Positions 51,641 through 64,000 of a stretch of DNA of 64,000 nucleotides are shown one piece after another. Under the pieces are notes generated by a model. That model was given only the letters and a program-made list of their open reading frames with translations, was not told the DNA's origin and searched no databases. Every line of letters begins with the position of its first letter. Position 1 is the first letter of the stretch. Made by a program: the position numbers and the translations under genes. The stretch is from Octopus vulgaris (Eukaryota): contig OX597815.1 of the NCBI GenBank assembly GCA_951406725.2, forward strand, positions 87,048,001 through 87,112,000, written 5' to 3'.

Positions 51641-52401
51641 TTAACATGATATATTTCACTTGTCATCCACAAGATTAGCTTGTCATGTGAGATGTATCTT
51701 TACGTTGAACATGACAACTAATGGTCAGCGTAGAAGCTAATCAACTTGGTACGGTTTGGGTAAAGAAAGGTATGATTTATAACCATTCCGATCTTGACAT
51801 CGGTGCCCGATGTATAATAGCAAATTCACTGTCAATCGATAGCGTTACAACCAATCAGACAAAAGTTAAAATGAATTATCATTTTCATGTCTTATTTTAT
51901 CGAAGTTTTATATTTTTTGAAATGTTACCATCTGCTCAACGTATTATATGAATGTCTAGATGACAAACAAGTGACGAAGCTATTCGTGTGGTGATGCATT
52001 GATATCAATACATATTATAAATGAAAGGCAACATGTGCCATTGTGTCGTGTTCAATGTTACACATTTAGAAACACATGTGTACATGTGTATTTGTAGGAT
52101 AATGTATTGACATGAGGTCGGATGAAATCAGATGTACGAAATTTTAGCAGTTTTGCAATCCTAGATAACGCACATAGAGGTATATCCGTTTACAATGCAT
52201 TTCTATGAAAAATGTGTCGAACATAGGTTGCTGTGTGGGAAAAAACATAAGCTCAATTTTAAATATAAATACATGTCGTATTGAAAAGACGACAATGTTC
52301 TAGTTTTCACTTTTTTATTAAAAATATATCATACATACAAATATATTATATGTACGCTAGCGCGTGTGTAAATGTATGCATGTTTATATGTATATATACA
52401 T

Positions 52402-52800
52402 GCACGGAGTGGCTGTGTGGTACGTAGCTTGCTTACCGACCACATGGTTCCGGGCTCAGTCCCTCTGCGTGGCACCTTGGGCAAGTGTCTTCTACTGTAG
52501 CCTCGGGCCGACCAAAGCCTTGAGTGGATTTGGTAGAAGGAAACTGAAAGAAGCCCGTCGTATATATATATGTGTATGTGTGTGTGTTTGCGTGTCTATG
52601 TTTGCCTCCCACCCCCATCGCTTGACAACCAATGTTGGTGTGTTTACGTCCCCATAACTTAGCGATTTGGCAAAAGAGACCGATAGAATAAGTACTAGGC
52701 TTATAAAGAATACGTCCTGAAGTCGATTGGTTTGACTCAAGGTGGTACTGCAGCATGGTCGCAGTCAGATGACTGAAACAAATAAAAGAATAAAAGAAAA
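52402..52800 (+). mobile_element. SINE family A, full length
   Basis: GGAGTGGCTGTGTGGTA…GGCACCTTGGGCAAGTGTCTTCTAC…GACTGAAACAAATAAAAGAATAAAAG. Confidence 0.9.
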
Positions 52801-53420
52801 TACACATATATACGCATACATGCAATATACATACATATATTCATACATGCATAAAACTATACACACAATACATGCATACATACCTTCATACACACATACA
52901 TACATACATACATACATACATACATACATACATACATACATACATACATACATACATACATACATACATACATACATTTACACAGGCCAATATCATAGAG
53001 TTCTGTCCGTTTCTAGCAAAATCCGTTCTTGAAAAAGCTGTATAATTATTAAACGTGGATATTATTTCAGTTAGTAACGTTGGCATTGATATTACTATTA
53101 CGCATGCTAGGAAATCTTTGCTGTCTTTGTTGGAGTTAAACATCATCACCAGGAATTGCTTCTTGTGTGATGGGGATGAAGTTTATGATTGATACGACTG
53201 AACATTTTGTATCAACTTCAAAAGGGTACACAGAATTAGGTACTTACTCTAATCATGAACAATTCTTTTGGGGAATATGAATGAATTAACAATGAATGCT
53301 TTTATGAAGGTGATCAACAACATACTGAAAGTGTTACATTTAAGGATCATAGTAAATACGAATTCAAATTTCCTTTTCCTAGATATAACTGTACGTTTAA
53401 TACTGGTATTAATTGGTTTT

Positions 53421-54005
<585 letters not shown>

Positions 54006-55661
54006 AACCATCTCCCAATAATACTTCGGAAGTTAGTCAATAATAGTAAGTGTAATTTCTGCTAAACCTCTCATGAGGAATCCTTTCACTTGCTGCACAT
54101 TACTACGAAGATCTGAATGACAGTGGTTTCAAAAACAAAATGTATTATATATATAAAAGCACCAATACTCGAAAACAAATAGAAAAGAAATGTATATTAA
54201 ATACTAATAAAAACTAATATTTCGCGTGTTCAACACTTAAGAATTGAATGTGTGATGAATTTTAAGCGGTATTTCGGCAACTAATCAATTTTGTTCATTA
54301 TTCACATTTTGATGTGCTTACAGATCTTGTTGCTTACATACTGTCACGCTGCTTCTCTTCTTTAAACGTCTAAATACACTTCATCGTTAAACTCAATGTA
54401 TTTTTTGAAGAAGCTTTAGTTTCTAACAAGATAAAAATCGTTGATGAATGACTACCTGGTTATCGATGAAATATTGTACGTCCGAGTGGATGATGAATTT
54501 TTTAATTCGAACACGTTCACAGAGCAATTCATCAGCAAAAGAAACTATCCAGCAATCAAGTTCAAACTACAACTAATTATTAATTAATTTAATCTAACTC
54601 CCTCTCTATCTACCTATCCATTTATCTTTTATTTATTTATTTGTTTGAATGCCTACTTATCTTTGCCCCACCATTTATCAATATGATTAAACATGAAAAA
54701 CCAAACTGTAACAAAACTCTGCCAAACACTGGTACTGTCTGTTTTACTATTCTGACAGAGAACCATTTGGATTGATATAGAAAGATAGGAATATTACTTG
54801 AAGAAATATCTCCAGTGCATTAATCCAGTAACATTAAGAAGAGATGTGCCAAACAATAGACTCAGCAGCAATAACTAGTAGATAATAATTCAGATATGTA
54901 AAGACTGGTGAGAATATTATTTAGAAAGATAGTGTCGAAGTATTCATACAATAAGATTAAGATAGGAAATGACAGTCAATAAAGTTAGCAACAACAACTA
55001 ACGTAATTTTGTGTTTAGTCGAATAAATTAAAAATGAAAAGTATGCAGTAAAAGATTGAGCCAAACGGTTGAGTACAGAATAAATAAACCTAATAACTAT
55101 GCAGTTCTGAACATTTGGTTTAGTTAGGAGTTCTGAAGAAAGATGAAAGTAGCCATATACTGAAATATTCACTTTAATAAAGAAAAAAGCCTGAAAATAT
55201 ACAGTTTAAATAAGAAATAGTGATAGATATAGCACAATGCACTTCAGCTGGATAATATGCCTAGTAGAAGGGGCTCAGTCCTTCAATATAAGTCGGTTTC
55301 GAGGATACATTATAAACAGCATGTTATTTTAGGTATCACACGTCATATCATTAAATGGTTATCAACATATATTAAGTTGAGTATGTGGAATATGAATTAA
55401 TACCACCTTGCATCTCCGTTAGATGCTATCTCGCATGCTAGAACTACCTCCACTCCAACACTGAGCACATTTCTTATCCAACTGACTCTAAAATTGGTTT
55501 ACAATTGTGGTATGTGTGACGTAACCTGTGTTTACATAGAATAAGAAACTATGAATTTGTATTTCGCAGAAATACTTTTTGTGCGGCCTCTCCCATACAT
55601 AAGCTGCATGGTTTACTGTCGTTCATGTAATGTGTGGCTTTCTCGGTGATATTCTATTATA

Positions 55662-55802
55662 TTAGGTTGTCCCAAAAGTTCGTAAACACTTGCGAAAATT
55701 GAATTTTTACTCGCCAAGTACTAACAAAAACAACAAAAATTATTCCTCAAAATAAAGACCATTATTTTCCAAGACTTTCTACGAACTTTTGGGACAACCT
55801 TA
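55662..55802. mobile_element. Mariner-type MITE
   Basis: TIRs TTAGGTTGTCCCAAAAGTTCGTA / TACGAACTTTTGGGACAACCTTA with TA flanks; 141 bp, non-coding. Confidence 0.85.
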
Positions 55803-56007
55803 TAGTTTGTCAATTATTTTTCCTTGCAGTCATAACTAATTTGATTAGATTGTTGAAATTTTGCTCGTTAGGCTCAAGGATGAATATGTTTGGCAGTAGT
55901 ACCGGGCTTTGAAATAGCTACGTGTTATACCAATATACACCTTGTTAAATTAGTATTAACATGGCACAAATATACCATATTTTTCTCTAAGTAAAGTTCA
56001 GAGAACA

Positions 56008-56128
56008 GTTGTTGTTGTTGTTGTTGTTGTTATTGTTGTTGTTGTTATTGTTGTTGTTGTTGTTGTTGCTGCTGCTGCTATTGTTGTTGTTTTTGTTGTT
56101 GTTGTTGTTGTTGTTATTATTATTATTA

Positions 56129-56207
<79 letters not shown>

Positions 56208-56215
56208 TATTATTT
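56008..56215. repeat. (GTT)n(ATT)n(ATC)n trinucleotide tract
   Basis: Direct inspection; abuts the 3' end of the R4/Dong-like element. Confidence 0.95.
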
Positions 56216-57618
56216 ATTGCCTTTGCTGGAGATGTATTATAGTATCAGCTGTTCACTACCAGTGAACTAAGGTAACACCTCTTATTTTTCGAGCACCATC
56301 CGGAGTATTCGAGCGGTTCTAAGCAGAGCTATTTTCTGCAAGTGCTCCACTCTTATTGAAGCCCCTATTTGTTCCACGTACTTCTCAGTGTTCCCAGGGC
56401 TCCAACAATTATTGGTACTACTGCTACCTTTTTCATCGACCACAACAGCTTAACTTCTCAAGCTAACCTGTCATATCTCTCGACTTTTTTTTCTTCTTTA
56501 TTGCATACCTTGTAGTCATCTGGGCATGCTATATCTATGATCCAGCATAGTTTGTTTTCTTACTCAATTAAGACTATGTCTGGCTTCCTATTCTCTATCT
56601 CATGGTCGCACAGAATCATAAAATCCCATAGGATCTTTGCATTTCTATTTTCGACAATGCCTTCGGGTTTGTGGTCGTACCAATTCTTTTCTCTGTCAAG
56701 TCCATACTTGTTGCAAAGTGTCCAATGGACAAGCCTGGCTATATTGTTATGACATCTCTTACATTCCTTCTGGGCTAGTGGCGTACATTGGCAGGTAATA
56801 TACCATACGGTTTCGCCGTTTTGTCCACATATTCTGCACTTATCACTTGCTGTCTATTCTGTATTTTATGTAGTTTGTTCTTAGTGCTTGCTCTTGGGCA
56901 GCACAGATTAGAGCCTCTTTTTCCGGTTTTAAATCACTTTTAATCATCCACAGTCATCTTTTTTCTCTGTCTGTCTTACCTTCAACATCCCTATGAAATT
57001 GACCATGCATTCTTTTCTTTACCCACCTATTTTCAGTTTCATTCGTTTTCAATTTCTTGTATAGTGCTTTACTTTGCAGCAGTCTTTCATCCTGACCTTC
57101 TTACTTCTAGTAACAGCGGTTCTGTGGCATTTTTATATACCATGCTATGTTGTTTTCTTCTGCTCTAATGCTGTGTTCGCATCCAATAAGTACTCTTCCA
57201 CCCCTTTTTGTCACTTTTTGGGTGGAGTGACCCATATCTAGTTAGCAACTTCCTTGTCTTTCTGTCTAAGCTGTTTAGTTCGTCTACTGTCCATGCGATT
57301 ACCCCTGCTCCATATCTAAGGAGTGAAACCGCCCAGTTGTTGATAGCTTCGATCTTATTCCGTCCGTTTAATTTCGACTTAAGGATCAGTCACAGTCTGC
57401 ACAAGTACTCTACCTTAAATTTTTCTGTCATTTCTTTCTCCATCACTTTATCCATTTCCCAAATCCCCCAAGTACTTATAGCCCGTCTCTTCTATCTGCT
57501 TCATAACCTCCCCCGACGGTATCATTAATCCGTCCATACATTTGATTTTACCTCTCTTCAATACTAACACACCACATTTTCTCAGTCCGAAGTCCATTCT
57601 GATATCAGCTCTCAAGGT

Positions 57619-57620
<2 letters not shown>
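56216..57620 (-). mobile_element. R4/Dong-like non-LTR element, 3' half (RT end, CCHC, RLE), frameshifted
   Basis: DIRMDFGLRKC, YKYLGI, MHGQF, ICAAQEQALRTN, CRICGQNGETVWYITCQC, RKPDIV, IIDIACP, PIIVGALGT, LQKIALLRTARILR. Confidence 0.9.
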
Positions 57621-57652
<32 letters not shown>

Positions 57653-57667
57653 GTTGTTGTTGTTGTT

Positions 57668-57900
57668 ATCTCAAGTTTTGTTGGAACTCCTGGAATTTTG
57701 CATGCTTAGCGGGCTTGCTACCTGCAGCCTACGGTACCATGCTATCTTTTCTTTTGAAGTATCTAATACTTTCCTGATTATGCTGACCGTGCCAAGGAGG
57801 CAAACCTTTTGCAACAGTTCTACTGGGCAATCTATTCCGATTTCCCTTTTATTCCTCTTGATGCCTTCAGGTACTGCCCCAAGGACTCAACAATAATTGA
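57668..57900 (-). mobile_element. Second R4/Dong-like 3' end with (CAA)n tail
   Basis: CPVELLQKVCLLGTVSIIRKVLDT then short UTR and (CAA)n at 57620-57667. Confidence 0.8.
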
Positions 57901-58430
57901 CACTATGCTTCTGCAGCTCTGACATCACAGTTTTGTTGATTAACAATTGCTCCGCACATCCCCAGGCTCACTTTTTCCCGGCTGCTTGTTCTGCTATGAT
58001 AATGTTATTGGTTTCACAATGGTCCTGGAGAAAGAGTTTTAAACATGTATATATCATATACATTAAGTTCTGGCATGCAGTTGGCAGGTAGTTTTTTGCC
58101 AATGGGTGGTTCTGCATTTCGAGATCAATTCTGTCTCTGCCAGAGCTAGCCAGTGTGGTATGCTACTGTTTCCAGTGAAAGCTTGCTGGTACAGATTGAT
58201 AAAATATGATTGGTAGAATGTTAGCTTCTTGTACCAATATCCAACAATCAAGTCTCTTCCATGTGCTTTTCCATCCTGTAGCTTCTGGATCACAGTTGCA
58301 AGAGTTTCACAATCAATGTTGTATGTCTTGGGTGTAACACAGGAGCAATAACTTTTTCGTATTTCTTCCAGCCACAAAGCATCTTGGTTAAATACCTTCT
58401 CTTCACTCCAGATTTTCCTCCATAAGGAGT
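57900..58430 (-). pseudogene. R4/Dong-like RT N-terminal fragment
   Basis: WRKIWSEEKVFNQDALWL…KAHGRDLIVGYWYKKL…IPHWLALAETELISK…EQAAGKK*AWGCAEQLLINK. Confidence 0.85.
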
Positions 58431-58638
58431 CTATGTATGTATGTATGTATGTATGTATGTATGTATGTATGTATGTATGTATGTATGTATGCATGTATAT
58501 ATGTATGTGTGTACGCGCGCAAGTACGTATATATATACTAATTATATGTATATACATATAAATATATACGCACACGCACGTACACCGACATATGTGTGTT
58601 TGTGCGTATATATATATGTTCGTGTATGTATGCGTATG

Positions 58639-58676
<38 letters not shown>

Positions 58677-59062
58677 CGCATGTATGTGTGTATGTATCTA
58701 TGTATATGTATGTTTGCATGTATTTATGTGTATGTATGTATGTATATGTATATATATGTATATATATGTATGTATGTGTATGTATATATATATACATATA
58801 CATATACACATGTATGTGTATATGCATGTATGTATATGTATGTTTCCATGTATTTATGTACATACATACTTACATACATACATGCATACATACATACATA
58901 CATACATACATACATACATACATACATACATACATACATACATACATACGTACATACATACATACATACATACATACATACATACATACATACATACATA
59001 CATACATACATGCATACATATATATATATACATACATATATACACATATATGTACACACATA
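58431..59062. repeat. (TATG)n … (CATA)n compound microsatellite
   Basis: Direct inspection; left and right blocks are mutually complementary. Confidence 0.95.
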
Positions 59063-60254
59063 GAGTAATTCTGGAATGAGTCAAGTTTTCGGACGAAAGG
59101 ACTGATTGAGCTGTTTTGTATAGCAGGATGCCACAATTGTTGTAGGTGATCACTAGCATTTTCTGATAGGGTACTTAATCTCGACAGCTAATAGAGCCGA
59201 GGGAATATAGGATATATTTCCTCCCCGGAAATAAACGAAGCTCCAGCAGCAGATTTGAAATTAGTATCCATGTGCAGATAGCTCAGCATTGTATCTATTT
59301 TGTCGTTTCCAATCAAATATAAAGGTAAAAATGCAAGAGATTGTTTTTTTTTATTAAATTCATGAATACGGTAACAACAGAAAAAATATATAAATGACAA
59401 GATAAAATATTTTACAATAAAAAACAGAAAGGAAATTGTTGTTCCGATATAATGAGTCTATTCAAGGCAACTGTATAATTGATGGACGAAGATTTCAAAT
59501 TTACATATCATGCGAGATCTGTTTATTCTCTTGCGAATTTACCCATCGTCGGAAATTGAACAAATTACAAATATTTTCAAATTATTCGGCAAGACTCTTG
59601 AGAGGGGAAGAAGAGAATAGACTAAGTCATCAATAGAGAATATTGAAACACTAATTATAATCGGGTTTTTTTATTGTGTTTGGTCACATACGTAAATTCA
59701 TAAACAATTATTCGCATACTGGCGTAGTTACATCCACGTAAACATTTATAGGCATACAAATATGCAAAGCAGATTCTTACAAATACACACAACAGATGCC
59801 CGACTAGAATTCTATTCCCTTCCTCTCGATCAATCTATCAATTTCTCTATTTTAATATTATTGTTTACCTGTCAATCGTTTTGGTGTTAATCTTTATCAA
59901 ATAATCTACATCAATATTAACAGCGTATTTTCACTCTAGAATTACCTATATTCAAATATGTGTGTGTGTGTATGTAAATGTGTGTAAAGAAGAGAGAGAG
60001 AGGGGTGTAGGGTTTCAGCAAGTAGTAAAGCACTCGGTCAGCTAAGGGAGTAAAGATAATGTTATAATAAAAACAAGTGTTGTGAAATATAGCTCCCATA
60101 GTTTACTGGCCGAAGCATTAACCTTTTTCACCAATTTTCAAGCTCAAAACAAGACCGTTTGTCATTGTTATTTAGTCAGATGATGTTTGAACAAGAGAGA
60201 AGACAAAAAGAAAAACACAGGGGAAATAACCAACGTTACAATAAACAAAAGGCG

Positions 60255-60575
60255 TAAGCAAGATTTTATCAGTTTACGATGTGTCTGGTATCCAATTTTT
60301 AAATTCCGCCAAAATATATTTCTTAATATGCGAGACTTTCAAGTTCTTTAAGAGATATAGTTTTTCAAGAGAAAATATGAATATCTCGTTTGTCAGTTAA
60401 TATAGGATTTGGTTTTGGAAAGGATTTTCCATTTGATGTTGCAGTTAGCCGCTTCATCTTTAAGTTTCCAGGTGAAAGGAGAAAGAGTAGTTGAATGTCT
60501 TCAATCACGGTGTCTAAAAGTCAAAAGAGGATTGTTACATCAGGACTTAGATTTTCCTTTCACAGCTCCGATATA
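60255..60575 (-). pseudogene. Penelope-like GIY-YIG endonuclease relic
   Basis: FRHRD*RHSTTLSPFTWKLKDEAANCNIKWKILSKTKSY…LEKLYLL. Confidence 0.6.
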
Positions 60576-60865
60576 ACGATATATATATATATATATTTTG
60601 GTCACTACCTGGAGCTTTACTATCTTTAGTACCAGCCGCTATCATAGCTATTAATATAAACTTTCACCTCCGAAACGTGGACCATACTCTCAAACCTTCA
60701 ACTGTAGACATACAGTATATTTATATTTATATGTAAGCAAAATATGAACCACTGCATGACTCCACCCTTCCTAAAAATAACTCATACTAAAAATGACTAT
60801 ACCCATCGATCCACCTCTAGATGTGATAACATAAATATTGGAAGGCAGCGCATGAAATATGTATG

Positions 60866-60955
<90 letters not shown>

Positions 60956-60990
60956 CATACATACATACATACATATTTATATATACACAC

Positions 60991-61091
<101 letters not shown>

Positions 61092-61155
61092 CGGGTATAT
61101 GTGTATTTATATATACATGAATCAGCCCTCTGAACTTTTTAGACCCCCTTTTAAA

Positions 61156-61280
61156 TTCTCTGATGAAACCTAGAGATACACCCAATACCCTAATTTTATC
61201 TACCAATCACTACAGAACACTGAAGAGATGGAAATAACATCTAGGGTATTGTGACCTCTTGGCAGAAACGGCCGTAAGAA
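61156..61280 (+). ncRNA. Type I hammerhead motif with about 98-nt stem II insert
   Basis: UUCU CUGAUGA (61160-66) … CAAUACCCUA/UAGGGUAUUG 10-bp helix … GAAA CGGCCG UA AGAA (61265-80); palindrome ACGGCCGU; module starts after (TA)n. Confidence 0.7.
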
Positions 61281-61478
61281 ACTGTTCTTTTTCTATTCTA
61301 TGAATTACTAGTACGTATGTATGGAATATACAGTCTTTACATATGTATATATATTCTCATAAATGTTTTAAAATGTATAAATAGACATAATATAATATCG
61401 ATACATCGGTTTATGTTTAATAAAGCTATTGATATCCATGTTATATTAATTCTATGACTAGGTTCTGCAGATAGATAG

Positions 61479-61555
<77 letters not shown>

Positions 61556-61719
61556 CAATAATATAATCATACCAGTGATTATAATGAAACAATGTTATTA
61601 CATTTTCGAGTAAACAACGGATTGCTATAACTAAATAACTATACACACATAAAATCATGAAATTACATAACTTAAGTAAACAACAATAATACCACGATAA
61701 AAATAAACTATAATTACAT

Positions 61720-62490
61720 TTTTTTAGTAAATGAAGGATTGATATAACATTAAATATCCCATATTTTCAAAATAAGTCTATGGTTGCATGATGGGATAAT
61801 TTCAAAGAGCTTATTGGTGAGTTATCATTGCATAATATCATTTCTAGTGTCTCTTCCGAGCAAGTGTTACAGGCTTTTGACTATATGCTATAAGGGTATG
61901 CATTTTGTATCACTGTCCAAGTCGCTCTTGTATCTTTTTCCGTTTGAGGTCCCTTATAGGATCCGTGAGCAATGTGCATTTCCTTTTGCAGCTGTTCCTA
62001 AATTATGCTGCATGGTTCTTCCAGCGATTCTTGAAGCTGTTGAATGTTGCACTATGTATGCTTACACATGTACACCTGTTCTCACAGTACATTTGTATAT
62101 AATGTGTCTATGTAAACACTCGTTCGCCAAAGGGCATGCTTTCTTATCTCTAGAATTGCATTTTTATATATCACCGTTTGCAACCAGGTTACCCCTTGTT
62201 GTATATGTTTCCATATCTTTCTTCTTTGTGGGATCGTTATTGTTTTTATTGTTACCATTTATATTTTCATTGTTCTCATTATTGTCATTCTTATTATCAT
62301 TAGTGCTTCCAGCATTCCAGTTGTTACTCATATCATCTGTAGTTAATATTCCACTTATGTTACAATCAGTCGGACTACCATTATTTTGCCCTCCACTATA
62401 ATTCTGGATTTATTATATTCCTGACGATATTTTCAGAATCTGCAATTTCTCAATTCAGCTTCTTATTTTTAAGTTTATGAATATGGTATA
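61720..62490 (-). pseudogene. Penelope-like GIY-YIG endonuclease domain, decayed
   Basis: KCNSRDKKACPLANECLHRHIIYKCTV…AYI…FKNRWKNH…F…TLL…LK…TWTVI…CNTCSEE…NKLFEIIPSCNH. Confidence 0.8.
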
Positions 62491-62625
62491 ATATGTGTGT
62501 GTATGTGTATGCGTGTATGTATGTGTGTGCGTGTGTGTATGTGTGTGCGTCTATGCGTGTGTATGTTTGTGCTTATACAAATATATGTGTGTGTGTGTAC
62601 ATGTATACACACTCTTGAATATATA

Positions 62626-63861
62626 CGAAGGTGGGTCAAAAATTATACGCACATGATTTTTCAATGTATTTACACAAAAGCAGGGGATAAACAAGTATGT
62701 CATTTTTCTATATAGTCTCCTTCCTTTTCAATGCACTTGGTCCAGCGCTCCACAAGCTTGCGCATTCCCTCCAAGAAAAAGGTTTTCGGTTGGTGGTGCA
62801 AGCATTTATGCATCGCTTCTTTCACATCATCCGTAAGAAATCGACGACCACGTAAACCCTCTTTGTGCAGTTCAAAGATATGATAGTCGGAAGGAGCGAG
62901 ATCTGGGATGAAGGCAACGTGTTCCAGTACCTCAAAATTCAATTGGTTAATAGTTTCAACGGTCTGGGCGGCCGTGTATGGGCGTGCATTGTGATGCAGT
63001 AACAAGACTTTCTTCGACAATAGGATTCCGCGTTTTGGTGCGAATTGCTGACTTCAGTTTGTTGGTCAGCAAAGCACTGCATCTTCCACTGTTGATCGTA
63101 CACCCCTTTTCCAAGTAGTCTTCCAGTATAGGTTTTTTTGAGTCCCAAAAATGGGTTGGCATCACCTTTCCTGTGGAAGACTGAGTCTTGAATTTCTTTG
63201 TCGCTGGCGATCCAGGATGTTACCACTCTATACTCTGTCTTTTAGATTCTGAACCACGTTTCATCTCCTGTGACTATTCTGCCCAAAAATTTCTCGCCCT
63301 CATTGTTGTAGAGATCGTGTAAAAGTTGGAAGACTTCAAGACGTTTGCGCTTGTGCTCTGCAGTAAGCTCTCTTGATACCCATCTTGTACAGACTTAATG
63401 GAAGCCGAGCTCATCGTGGATGATTTGATAGGCAGAACCATGAGTAATCTGCAGAGAACGAGCTACATCATCGAGGATAACTTGCCGTTTCACCATTACT
63501 ATCTCTCGAGCTTGCTGGACCTTCTCGACACTTCTAAACTTCTCGATCCACTCATAAACACTTCTTCGCGGTAGTGCACTGTCCCTGTAATGAGCTAAAA
63601 GCCTCCGATGAATGTCAGCACCTGACACACCTTCCGACCAGAGAAATCGGATCACTGCTCTTTGTTCTTCTAGGAGTACATTGCTAGTGGAGCGGCCATG
63701 CTGACACTGTAAAGCCAGAAAGAAAAATGGCGCGATCAGGTTCAAACTTCGATCACGAAACCTCAATAATACAAACTATAAGTACGCATGCGCCGAAGGC
63801 AGTGTAACAATAATAAAGATACGTTATGTGGAAAGTGCGAATAATTTTGACTTACCCTTCG
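62626..63861 (-). mobile_element. Mariner (DD34D) transposon, near full length, transposase pseudogene 62700-63699
   Basis: TIRs CGAAGGTGGGTCAAAAATTATACGCAC / GTGCGAATAATTTTGACTTACCCTTCG; motifs QRAVIRFL, WVSRELT, IVTGDETW, LLHHNARP, PDLAPSDYHIF, WTKCIEKEGDYIEK*. Confidence 0.95.
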
Positions 63862-63936
63862 GAGGTGAAAGTTTATATTAATAGTTATGATAGCGGCTGA
63901 TACTAAAGATAGTAAAACTCCAGGTAGTGACCAAAA
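63858..63936 (-). repeat. Inverted copy of 60596-60674
   Basis: 79 bp, three transition differences; both copies lie next to TA-rich tracts. Confidence 0.85.
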
Positions 63937-63947
63937 CACTGTATATG

Positions 63948-64000
<53 letters not shown>

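Noticed and set aside
61784-62401. 205-aa hydrophobic ORF as a membrane protein gene
   Set aside because: It is the antisense shadow of the PLE GIY-YIG relic.

Overview
Repeat-dominated, AT-rich eukaryotic DNA, probably intronic or intergenic. The SINE families and extreme microsatellite load suggest an octopus/coleoid cephalopod genome (inference from recall, no search run). No intact protein-coding gene is visible; almost all long ORFs in the track are microsatellite artefacts. Recognisable content: three tRNA-derived SINE families (one as tandem multimers, one chimeric), decayed Penelope-like element (PLE) RT and GIY-YIG fragments, R4/Dong-like, RTE, CRE-like and CR1/Jockey-like LINE relics, an internally deleted Mag-type Gypsy LTR element, two related mariners, several MITEs and one candidate host first coding exon. 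The most striking signal is a dispersed set of about ten type I hammerhead-ribozyme (HHR) motifs (CUGANGA...GAAA, palindromic mini stem III, NUH) in short non-coding PLE terminal modules next to (TA)n tracts. Several of these modules fold back into long hairpins whose turn lies in or beside the ribozyme, several have unusually long stem II inserts, and one has a hammerhead-shaped scaffold with a non-canonical core. All calls are by eye.
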